From positions 423-64,422 of the forward strand of contig CAVYTS010000036.1 of the NCBI GenBank assembly GCA_963771305.1: DNA of 64,000 nt, written 5' to 3'. The translations under genes and the position numbers were made by a program. This document shows positions 30,177 to 38,764 of this stretch, piece after piece. Origin of the DNA: an uncultured Acidobacteriaceae bacterium. GTDB lineage: Bacteria > Acidobacteriota > Terriglobia > Bryobacterales > Bryobacteraceae. The first letter of the stretch is position 1, and the number at the start of each line of letters is the position of its first letter. The notes beneath the pieces are model-generated. The model ran no database searches and was not told the DNA's origin. It saw only the letters and a program-made list of their open reading frames with translations.

Positions 30177-33142
30177 ATGAGTAAAGAGCTGGTGATTGCA
30201 TCCAATCGCCACGAGACGAAAGTAGCCGTTCTCGAAGACGATCAACTCGTCGAGGTCTATTTTCAACGCGCGAACGAGTATTCGCTCGCGGGAAGCATCC
30301 ACAAAGGTAGAGTGACGCGCGTCCTTCCGGGCATGCAGTCGGCATTTGTCGACTTGGGCCTGGAGCGGGACACGTTTCTCTACGTATCCGATTTCTTCGA
30401 AGAGAACGAAGACTTCGATCCTGTTTCGGCTGAACCGGCGCAGCGTGCAACGCCCATCGTTGAACGCGCGCCCGATCGGAACAGCGGCGGTGATCGTGGA
30501 AATGACCGAGGCGACCGGCGAGGAGACCGTGGACGCGATCGCGGCCCACGCTATCAGGACCGTTCACCCGAAGCGCGTTCGCCCGAAAGCCGTCAGCCCG
30601 AAGGCCGTCAAGGTGACGCAAGGCCTGTTTCCGTGCCTTCGGAGGCAGCGGGAGAGCCCTCATTGGTCGCTGAGCCAGTGACGGCGCCAACCGAATCGAT
30701 TGAGACCATCAACCCGACGCTGGCCCGCATTCCGCCGATGGAAACCCGCAGCGAAGGAGACCGTCAGGACCGGGATCGGAATGACGACCGCCGCCGGCGT
30801 TCGCGCCGTCGCCGGACCCGCGGACGCGGATTCCCGGAGAACAAATATGCCGCCACAGGCGCCGCCAGCTCGGAACCCGAACCCACCGCCCGATACGCCG
30901 CTCCTGCTCCCGAAGCGCCAATCCGGGAAGACGTCGCCGTTGCCAGATCCGCCAGCGACCTGCTCATCCTGCCTGGTGAATCGCTCGCCAAGTACCGTCA
31001 AGGCGGCGGCCCGCGTGTTGTTGAACAGGTCGAAAAGGCAGCGGACCACGAACCTGTCGAACCGGCCGAACTGTCCCTGAGGCCGCTAGACGAAGACGAG
31101 AAGCTTGAAATCGTATCGAAGATCGAAGACCGGTTGGATGAGATTGAGTCGTCCGAAGAGGAGCACGAAGTTCTGCTACACGGTCATGGCGCCGTGGTTC
31201 ACCCGGAGCCAGCCTCGGCCGCCGGAATCGCTCCCCTGATTCTTCGTCCGGAGGTGAAGGCGGCTCCTCTGGTCCTCCCGCTCGACGAAGCCGCGGAATC
31301 GGCCGAAGAGATCGTCGCACACGCATCGCACGCAGATCCACATCCGCTTTCGCTGATTCGTTCCGACGAGGCCTCGGCGGCCTATGAAGCTCGGATCGAA
31401 GCCGAACTACACGAAGCCATCCGCGGCGACCAGGTGGAACCGGTTGAGCCCGACCTTGCTGAAGAAGCTGAAGCAGAACTCTCGGATGAGGAGCGCGCTG
31501 AAGCGTTGGCTGGCGACTTGATTTCAGAAGATGCTTCGGTGGAAGAACCGGATGATGAGCCGGAGGAAGGCGAGCCCGCGGCTGGCGTTGAAGCGGGCGG
31601 TGTTCGTCACCGACGCCCCGGCTGCAGGAGAAGCAGCGGAATCCAGGCAAGCCACCCAAACCGCATCGGTTCGGGAACAGGGCGGCCGGTCCATGCATCG
31701 TATGTCCCGGCGGATGCGCAGGCGCCGTGGCGGAAATCGCTTTGCTCCCCAGGCTGCGCCCTGCCGCCGGCACCGAGGCCGTGCAAGCCGTCGCCGCAGC
31801 TCCGGCGGTGGAAGTGCGCCCGGAACCTGAGGTCCGTCCGGAAGCTCGTGCTGAGCGCGTTGAACGGACAGAGCGTGTGGAACGGCCTGAGCGCGCCGAA
31901 CAACGAGAAGAGCGGTCGGGGCCTGCGCCGGAACGTGTTTACCCCTCCATCACCGACCTGCTGAAGGCCGGCCAGGAGATCATCGTCCAGATTGCGAAGG
32001 AGCCGCTAGGCCAAAAAGGCGCTCGCATTACTTCGCACATCGCGCTGCCAGGCCGCTACGTGGTCTTCATGCCGAGCGTCGATCATCTGGGCGTCTCGCG
32101 AAAGATCGCCAGTGATGAAGAGCGCCTCCGGCTGAAGCGCATCCTGCAAGCCCATCGGGTCGGGTCGAGCGGCGGCTTCATCGTCCGCACGGCCGGCGAA
32201 GGCCATACGGAAGAAGAGATCGCGGCCGACATGAACTTCCTCCACAATCTCTGGGTTGATATCAAGGAGAAAGCGGAGAAACGCCCCGCCCCCGCGCTGC
32301 TGCACCACGACCTCGATCTGGTTCAGCGCATTCTGCGCGACCAGGTAACGGAAGAATACAAGTCCATCTGGGCCGACAACGAAGAGATGTACGAGAGCGT
32401 CCTGCGCTTTGTGCAGCGCTTCCAGCCCGCTCTGGTGAGCCGGGTGAAAATGTACACCCGCTCGGCGCCCATCTTCGACGCCTTCGGCATTACGCAGGAG
32501 CTTGAAAAAGCCTTACGTCCCAAGGTCTGGCTGAAGTCGGGCGGTTACATCGTCATCAACCAGACGGAAGCGCTGGTGGCGATCGATGTCAATACCGGAA
32601 AGTACGTCGGCAAGTCGAACCGCCTGGAAGACACCATCGTGAAGACCAACACGGAGGCGGTGAAGGAGATTGTCCGCCAGATCCGGCTGCGCGATCTCGG
32701 TGGCATCATCGTAGTCGACTTCATCGACATGGATGAGCGCAAGAATCGGCAGAAGGTGATGCAGACCCTCGAAGAGGCTATGCGCGCCGACAAAGCGCCC
32801 TACAAGATTCTTCAGTTCAACGACTTCGGTTTGGTCGCCATTACCCGGAAGCGGGTGAAGCAGAGCCTGGAGCGGACGCTTTGTGCTCCGTGCCCGTATT
32901 GTGAAGGCGCGGGTTACGTTAAGAGCGTTCAGACCATCATCGGCGAGATCCTCATCGAGGCGCAAAAAATCGCCAGGGCGGTGGACGCCAAGGACGTTGT
33001 CTTACGCGTCCATCCCGACGTGGCTAAGGTGCTGAAGTCGAATAACAACCAGTACCTGGAAGAACTCGAACAGATCCTTGGCCGCCCGGTGCTGGTGGTT
33101 GGCGATGCGGCGCTGCATCACGAGAAGTTTGATCTAGGCTAA
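30177..33142 (+). CDS. rne: Ribonuclease E/G family endoribonuclease with a ~430-aa disordered insert in the S1 region; two frame changes (near 31590 and 31760)
   Basis: N-terminus MSKELVIASNRHETKVAVLEDDQLVEVYFQR...GMQSAFVDLG (S1). The catalytic core ITDLLKAGQEIIVQIAKEPLGQKGARITSHIALPGRYVVFMP...IDVNTG...DFIDM...CPYCEGAG lies in ORF 31727-33142. The bridging sense runs through ORF 31531-31830. Confidence 0.88.
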
Positions 33143-33194
33143 AGGGTTGATGACAAAAGCCGAAATTCCGCGTGCTCAACTCGAGGGCGGAGAG

Positions 33195-34343
33195 CTACGC
33201 GCGGTTTCTCTGAAAACCCGCAGGCTGAAGGCCTGTGCCACGATTTTGCGAGAGCCCGCGAATGACGGTTTCGGTTGAGTGCACGTCCTTCCGCTGGATG
33301 GCCTCGGCGAGTGCCTGTAGCGAGTGGTTCCCGCTTTTGGGAGAGGGCGCGGAACGGAACATGGGGTAGATTTCACCGAACTTAGCGACCAGGTCGGGAT
33401 CGCGCCATCCTAGGTTGGTCTCCTCCCGGAGGATGAGCATCGCATGCTCGGGCAAGTAGGCCTCCTTGTACGGCCGCTTGCTGGTGAGTGCATCGAAGAT
33501 ATCGGCGATCTGTATGATCCGCGCCAGCAGCGGGATCTCCTCGCCGCGCAATCCATCGGGATAACCCGACCCGTTCCAACGCTCGTGGTGGGATCGGATG
33601 ATGGGCAGTGTGTCGCGCAGCGAGCGCATCTTCTGGCAGATCCGTTCGCCGCGCACGGTGTGTTCGCGCAACAACACCCACTCCTCCGAGGTTAGTGGCC
33701 CCGGCTTGAAGAGGATGTGATCGGGAATGCCGACTTTACCGATATCGTGCAGGAAGCCGCCGCGCTGTAATGAGACGAGATCGGCCGCAGACAGGCCCAA
33801 CGCAATCCCGAGGCTGGAAGCCAGCAGCGCGATGCGCTGGCAGTGTTCGCCCATGGCAGGGTCCCGTTCTTCCACCGACTGAGCCAGCGAGAAGAGCACT
33901 GCTTCCGCGTCGTCCAGGGAGTCCAGGGTCGCTTTCAGGCGCAAGCTGGCCTGCACCCGAGCTTGCACCGCCTTGTGGCGGAGCGGCTTCAAGAGGAAAT
34001 CGTGAGCGCCCGAGGCAATGGCGATCACTTCCTTTTCTGCCTGGTCGTCCGGAGCCAGCAGAAAAATGGGAATAAACTGCGTGCTGGAGTTGCTCTTCAG
34101 GATCCGGCAGAACATCGGGCCGCCGATCTCAGGCGCCATCAGATCGACCAGCACCAGGTCGATCCGCTCGTTGGCGATCAGAGTCAGAGCCTGAGATGTA
34201 GAACTGGCTTCCAGCAGGTCGTTCCCGAGTTCTCGTAGGACACCCTGAAGAATGCGGCGGTTGGACTGAGAATGGTCAACGATTAGGATCCGGCTCTGGG
34301 GTGGCACTAAGAGTGGCCCATTGGCAGTCGCGTCCGCTGCCAA
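33195..34343 (-). CDS. Response regulator with HD-GYP domain (RpfG-like cyclic-di-GMP phosphodiesterase)
   Basis: REC domain (ILIVDHSQSNR...DLVLVDLMAPE) followed by HDIGKVGIP...HHERWNGSGYPDGL. Confidence 0.88.
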   Translation of the reverse strand: MAADATANGPLLVPPQSRILIVDHSQSNRRILQGVLRELGNDLLEASSTSQALTLIANERIDLVLVDLMAPEIGGPMFCRILKSNSSTQFIPIFLLAPDDQAEKEVIAIASGAHDFLLKPLRHKAVQARVQASLRLKATLDSLDDAEAVLFSLAQSVEERDPAMGEHCQRIALLASSLGIALGLSAADLVSLQRGGFLHDIGKVGIPDHILFKPGPLTSEEWVLLREHTVRGERICQKMRSLRDTLPIIRSHHERWNGSGYPDGLRGEEIPLLARIIQIADIFDALTSKRPYKEAYLPEHAMLILREETNLGWRDPDLVAKFGEIYPMFRSAPSPKSGNHSLQALAEAIQRKDVHSTETVIRGLSQNRGTGLQPAGFQRNRA

Positions 34344-34439
34344 GGCGATCGCATTTCCCGGCCCACGGCTCTCGGCTTACTGTGACCGGTAGAATTGGCC
34401 CACAGTTAGGTATCGGTTCACACCGGTCAGGACTTTAAC

Positions 34440-35678
34440 CTAGCGGCCAACCAGCGCAATCAAGGTCTGGTCGTCGATCAAGTCCTGGCCACCGCCGAGC
34501 CGGGCTAACTCGGCTTGTATCTCTTCGACGGCCGCCAGAGCGGCCCCGCTCTTGGAAGCCAGCAGCAACTCGACGAAGCCGTCTTCGCCCAATTCGTCTG
34601 GCCCAGTTTGGGTGACCACGGTGCAGTCCGTGGCGCCGTCGGTGAAAGCGAATAGATGATCGCCAGGCCCGAGCGTCGCGGACCCTGTGGCGCACTCCCA
34701 GCGCGGAAACAAACCCACTACCGTGCTGGTTGCGGTGAGGCGTTCCGCCTCGCCCGATGCCTTGATGAGGAGCGGAGACGGATGGCCGCCATTGACGAAG
34801 CGCATGGTGCGGGATGGCTCGTCGTAGTCAAAATAGAACAGCGTGACGTACTGCTCGGGCGGCGTGGCGTCATAGAAGAGGCGATTGACTGCGGTCAGCA
34901 GTTCGGCGGGCTCGCGAGTGCCACTCTCGATCTGGCTACGGAACGAGGCCTGCAAGTTCGCCATCAGCATGGCAGCACCAACGCCCTTGCCCGACACATC
35001 GGCCAGAACGCCAGAAAGGCGGCCTTCGCCGAGATCGAAGAAGTCATAGTAGTCGCCGCCGACAGCTCGCGCCGGCACACAACGTCCGGCGTAGTCGAGC
35101 GTGGCCATCGGTTTCAGCTTCTGCGGGAACAGCTTCTGCTGTACATGGCGAGCGATATCCAGCTCGCTCTTATTGCTGTCGACCACACGACGGGCAGCAG
35201 CTGCGCGGTCCAGTTCCTTGCTGATGGTCTGCAGCAGCCGGGAATTGTCCCACGGTTTCTGCACGAAATCGGAGGCGCCCAGCCGCATGGCCTCTACCGC
35301 CAGCTCGACATTGCCCCAAGCCGTCATGACAACAATTGGCAGCTTGTCAAACCGCTTGCGCAGCTCGGTGAGCAGCGCCAAGCCCTCCTGGCCGGAAGTG
35401 GTATCGCGCGTGTAGTTGAGATCCATCAAGACCAGGTCGAAAGGCTGGCCAGTCGCCGCCAGGGCGAGGGGCGGGGAATCGACCGACTCCGCCACGAATC
35501 CGTTCATCTTCAACAGCAGTTCCAGCGCGGTCAATATGTCGAGCTGATCGTCAACCAGCAGAATTCGCTGCCGTTTACGAGCCTCGGACACGGTGGAGGA
35601 CCTGGTAGAAGGGTTTGGGATCAAGGCGCTGCCACCAACATCGAGACGTTGTACTACTGTATCGCTGATCTCCTGCAT
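34440..35678 (-). CDS. Response regulator fused to PP2C/SpoIIE-type serine phosphatase
   Basis: REC domain (RILLVDDQLDIL...DLVLMDLNY) followed by SpoIIE-type GGDYYDFF...ADVSGKGVGAAMLMA...TDG. Confidence 0.85.
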   Translation of the reverse strand: MQEISDTVVQRLDVGGSALIPNPSTRSSTVSEARKRQRILLVDDQLDILTALELLLKMNGFVAESVDSPPLALAATGQPFDLVLMDLNYTRDTTSGQEGLALLTELRKRFDKLPIVVMTAWGNVELAVEAMRLGASDFVQKPWDNSRLLQTISKELDRAAAARRVVDSNKSELDIARHVQQKLFPQKLKPMATLDYAGRCVPARAVGGDYYDFFDLGEGRLSGVLADVSGKGVGAAMLMANLQASFRSQIESGTREPAELLTAVNRLFYDATPPEQYVTLFYFDYDEPSRTMRFVNGGHPSPLLIKASGEAERLTATSTVVGLFPRWECATGSATLGPGDHLFAFTDGATDCTVVTQTGPDELGEDGFVELLLASKSGAALAAVEEIQAELARLGGGQDLIDDQTLIALVGR

Positions 35679-35949
35679 CGCAAGGTGTTCTCGTTTACAG
35701 GTTGCACTCCGACGGCCAACGCCGTTGGCGTGAGTTTTCTGGCAGTTGACCGGGCAGGCTGTGGCATCCCGCGCCCAAAGTCAACGTCCGGGGGAAACCA
35801 CTGTCCGAAACCGGACAGGTCATATGCCGGTACAGTGAAACGCCAATGCTAAACTGAAGGCTGTCGGCAAGATTAGGCTTCTTCATTGTGTTCGGAAGCA
35901 TCCTTGCCGCGAGCCTCCACGCTGGATTCTTCCAGTGTTCTCAACCCAA

Positions 35950-36039
35950 GGAGAGATGGCCGAGTGGTTGAAGGCGCACGCTTGGAAAGCGTGTTTAGGG
36001 GAAACTCTAACGTGGGTTCGAATCCCACTCTCTCCGCCA
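35950..36039 (+). tRNA. tRNA-Ser (anticodon GGA), CCA encoded
   Basis: Acceptor GGAGAGA/TCTCTCC, anticodon stem CACGC/GCGTG with loop TTGGAAA, long variable arm, T arm GTGGG-TTCGAAT-CCCAC, discriminator G, CCA. Confidence 0.93.
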
Positions 36040-36041
36040 GA
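36013..36041 (+). repeat. att-like core, copy 1 (3' end of tRNA-Ser)
   Basis: tgggttcgaatcccactctctccgccaga recurs exactly at 45831-45859, and its last 25 nt recur at 52851-52875. Confidence 0.8.
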
Positions 36042-36125
36042 AAAACAGCAACCGAGCTGCGCATGTGCGCTTCATGAAGCACCGCACTTTAGTTGATATC
36101 CTGATTGACAAAAGGAGATTCTGCC

Positions 36126-36368
36126 GTGCATCCACTCCTAAACAGGATTGCGATCGACCCGAACGTCTGTTTCGGAAAGCCATGTGTGCGTGGCACTAGA
36201 ATTTGGGTTTCTTTGCTCCTGGACGTTCTCGCCAGCGGCGCTTCCATCGAGGAACTCCTTGAACAGTACCCCCAACTCCAACGCGATGACGTCTTGGCAG
36301 CCATTGCATACGGCGCCGAGATGAGCCGTGAGCGCTTCGTGGACTTGCCCGGTAGCAGCGCGGCATGA
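36126..36368 (+). CDS. DUF433-family antitoxin-like protein
   Basis: GGAG RBS then GTG. IAIDPNVCFGKPCVRGTRIWVSLLLDVLASGASIEELLEQYPQLQRDDVLAAIAY matches the DUF433 pattern. The stop overlaps the next ATG. Confidence 0.8.
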   Translation: MHPLLNRIAIDPNVCFGKPCVRGTRIWVSLLLDVLASGASIEELLEQYPQLQRDDVLAAIAYGAEMSRERFVDLPGSSAA

Positions 36369-36751
36369 AGTTCAAATTGGACGAGAACTTCGGTTCGAGA
36401 TCCGTTCATCTTTTCGATAACGCCGGTCATGATGTAGAGACCGTCCAGCAGGAAGGTCTTGGCGGCGCTACCGACGAGACGATTTTCAACGTTTGTGTTC
36501 GCGAAGGACGTTGCCTGGTCAGCCTGGACCTCGACTTTGCGGATGTTTTGCGTTTTCCGCCCCACCATACGGGGGGAATCGCTGTGCTGAGATTGCCGAA
36601 GCAGCCTTCGCTGAGCTTGCTAGAGAAATTGGCCGGCGATCTGATACAAATGCTCCGGGTCGAGTCGATCGCCGGCCGGCTTTGGATTGTCGAGCCCGGG
36701 CGCATCAGGGTTCACGAGGATACGGCCGTGGAACCGGGCTCCAACGACTAA
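36365..36751 (+). CDS. PIN-like (DUF5615 / Mut7-C type) toxin partner of the DUF433 protein
   Basis: MKFKLDENF...ATDETIF...LVSLDLDF, acidic residues typical of PIN-like nucleases; ATGA coupling with the upstream gene. Confidence 0.7.
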   Translation: MKFKLDENFGSRSVHLFDNAGHDVETVQQEGLGGATDETIFNVCVREGRCLVSLDLDFADVLRFPPHHTGGIAVLRLPKQPSLSLLEKLAGDLIQMLRVESIAGRLWIVEPGRIRVHEDTAVEPGSND

Positions 36752-36791
36752 GGTGAAAACCTCATATACCCGACACGGCGCCTGCAGTGTA

Positions 36792-36919
36792 GAGATTCTT
36801 GGTAGACTTAGACGAACCTCCCGGTTCGCGTCGGTGCAAAAGACCCGCTGGCTATCCGTGCCGCGTTGCGTAATGTGGTGTGGAACTCCAGTCGCAATTG
36901 CCCGCGCAAGACGTGCCAT
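36792..36919 (-). pseudogene. Truncated REP-associated tyrosine transposase (RAYT, IS200-like Y1), N-terminal ~43 codons only
   Basis: MARLARAIATGVPHHITQRGTDSQRVFCTDANREV parallels the full copy at 38012-38686. DNA homology (36792-36983 versus 38559-38750) stops abruptly at 36792. Confidence 0.75.
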
Positions 36920-36974
36920 CACAGCGATAGTATGAACTGACTTGGATTTCTCTCTTAGGAACATTGCGGACTGT

Positions 36975-37150
36975 CCCCGAAGCCCCCCCCGAATCCAAAC
37001 CCGGACCCGAAAGTCATGCCGTTACCGATTCCGAGCCCGGAACCCGCTCCTGTGCCGATGCCAACACCTGTGCCAGAGCCGTTGCCCATACTACCTCCGT
37101 TGCCAATGCCGGAGCCGATCCCGTTCCCCATTCCTCTGGCGATACAAAAC
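36975..37150. repeat. Hexanucleotide-periodic low-complexity tract (CCN NNN)n, open on both strands
   Basis: Plus frame 2 reads PKPPPNPNPDPKVMPLPIPSPEPAPVPMPTPVPEPLPILPPLPMPEPIPFPIP. The minus strand reads GNGIGSGIGNGGSMGNGSGTGVGIGTGAGSGLGIGNG (ORF 36955-37161). All three plus frames are open here. Confidence 0.6.
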
Positions 37151-37152
37151 CA

Positions 37153-37506
37153 GTGGGACAATCAGTGGAGGCCATTGTGACCGGTCGAATCTCAAAGGGA
37201 GAGACGTCCGACGTGATTCCACCTCTTTCGTTGGTCAGGGTCACAAAAGTGACGCCCAGCGAACCCGGCTGGACGGGCCACCTGGGAAGGATCTTTAGAA
37301 TCGGTTACTACCGAAAGAATGATGGACTTAACTGCGTGTGGCTGGTAGATGAGACGGGTAAATATTGCGAGACCGTCGATCAAGCAATGATCAAAACTCA
37401 TTTCGAGGTTCTAAAGCGCAGCGATGAGGTCGACCTCTATGGACAAGACCGACCTATAATCGGTCCCTTAGCGCGGATTGATGGTCATGAAGAACCTCGG
37501 CCCTGA
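37153..37506 (+). CDS. Hypothetical small protein (candidate C-terminal domain or immunity-like protein); start uncertain
   Basis: The 3' two-thirds of ORF 36964-37506 (EAIVTGRISKGETSD...FRIGYYRKNDGLNCVWLVDETGKYCETVDQAMIKTHFEVLKR) have globular composition. GTG candidates at 37153 and 37165. Confidence 0.4.
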   Translation: MGQSVEAIVTGRISKGETSDVIPPLSLVRVTKVTPSEPGWTGHLGRIFRIGYYRKNDGLNCVWLVDETGKYCETVDQAMIKTHFEVLKRSDEVDLYGQDRPIIGPLARIDGHEEPRP

Positions 37507-37561
37507 AGACAATACGCACAATCATCTCCGCGAACCATTCGTCTAGAAAAATGGGCCAAAC

Positions 37562-37845
37562 GTCCTAGGGAAGTATTCTAGGGCAGGAAGGATCGCATCA
37601 TCCCGCTGGGCGACCGCGCCGCGGCCTGGGTGCACAAATACCTCGACGAGTCGCGCCCGCACCTGGCCACCGAGCCCGACGACCAGATCGTGTTCCTGTC
37701 CAATGCCGGTGAACGTCTGGGCGGTAAGATGCATGTGAACTCGGGGTATTCCTTCGGGGATGCGTACCAAATGACGCGCCACGTCATCAGCATCATGCAT
37801 ACGTTCCGGAATACTGCGGGGATCACGCACCCAACCACCCAATGA
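37562..37845 (+). pseudogene. Tyrosine recombinase (XerC/D-like integrase) internal remnant
   Basis: GRKDRIIPLGDRAAAWVHKYLDESRPHL...DQIVFLSNAGERL resembles the GKGxKxRxVPL...YL...R...LF.S..G..L segment. A stop lies immediately upstream and the catalytic region downstream is degenerate (HTFRNTAGITH). Confidence 0.5.
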
Positions 37846-38011
37846 TCGGCAGACGATGAAGCTCCTAACTAAAGTAGCGGCGATAGGTCTCTCTCTGGCG
37901 TCTTGTCTCACGGCGAATGCCAGTTATCTAGTAGTGTGTTCGGCCTTCGATGACCAAGGTCGTTCGGGTCCGCTATGGTACGAGGTTGTAGACTGATGGG
38001 CTGAGCCGCGT

Positions 38012-38686
38012 TCAGCCAGCAGCCTGCAGCAAGCGGACGCCTTGGTGTGGGCGTAGTTGACGGTGAGTCTGTTGCTCCAGGTGCTCGAGGAATTCATCGC
38101 TACCAACCGGGCGGCCCGTGAACGTTCCGCGTTGCAGCATGCGGATCTCAAGCAATTCTTCCGGCGTGGCAAGCAACGTTTGCCAGCCCTCGCGTCCGCC
38201 TTGCTCCTCCCAGAAACTCATGTCGAGAAGGCCACCGGGATCGGCGCCGTCCAGGTGCGCTGAGGCGCTCGACCATCGGTAGGCAGGCGGCAGGTCCACC
38301 AATCCCGCCCGCACCGGATTCCGTTCCACGTAGCGCAAGGCCACGCGAGTGTGCCGAGCATCAAGCGCGCAAGAGTAGAAGCGATTCTGCCACAGATGGC
38401 CCGTCCGCCCGCGGCGGCTGTTGAGATAAGATGCGTAGCGGCCGTGAGTGCGGCGTAGGGCCACTGCCATCGAAGTGGCCTCCTCGGGCGCTACCACGAG
38501 GTGGATGTGATTGGTCATTAAACAGAAGGCGAGGATGCGCAGTCCGGCCTGCTGCGCCGAGATTCGGAGCAGACTTAGATAAACCTCCCGATCCGCGTCG
38601 GTATAAAAGACTCGTTGGCTAGCCGTGCCGCGCTGCGTGATGTGGTGCGGAACTCCAATCGCAATTACCCGCGCAAGACGCGCCAT
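38012..38686 (-). CDS. REP-associated tyrosine transposase (RAYT, IS200-like Y1 transposase), apparently intact
   Basis: MARLARVIAIGVPHHITQRG, HUH motif NHIHLVV, catalytic-Tyr region RYVERNPVRAGL. The listed ORF 38012-38731 includes a 15-codon upstream extension. Confidence 0.85.
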   Translation of the reverse strand: MARLARVIAIGVPHHITQRGTASQRVFYTDADREVYLSLLRISAQQAGLRILAFCLMTNHIHLVVAPEEATSMAVALRRTHGRYASYLNSRRGRTGHLWQNRFYSCALDARHTRVALRYVERNPVRAGLVDLPPAYRWSSASAHLDGADPGGLLDMSFWEEQGGREGWQTLLATPEELLEIRMLQRGTFTGRPVGSDEFLEHLEQQTHRQLRPHQGVRLLQAAG

Positions 38687-38764
38687 CACAGCGATAGTAT
38701 GAACTGAGTTGGATTTCTCTCTTAGGAACATTGCGGACTGTCCCCGAAGCTCCCCGAAGCTCCC

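Noticed and set aside
34656-35852. 398-aa plus-strand ORF
   Set aside because: It is antisense to the REC-PP2C gene, which has unambiguous REC and SpoIIE motifs.
36955-37161. Glycine-rich minus-strand ORF as a bacteriocin or microcin precursor
   Set aside because: Not called as a gene. It has no leader, RBS spacing or export/immunity context, and the opposite strand is equally open and fits the local polymorphic-toxin context better. It is reported as an unresolved tract instead.
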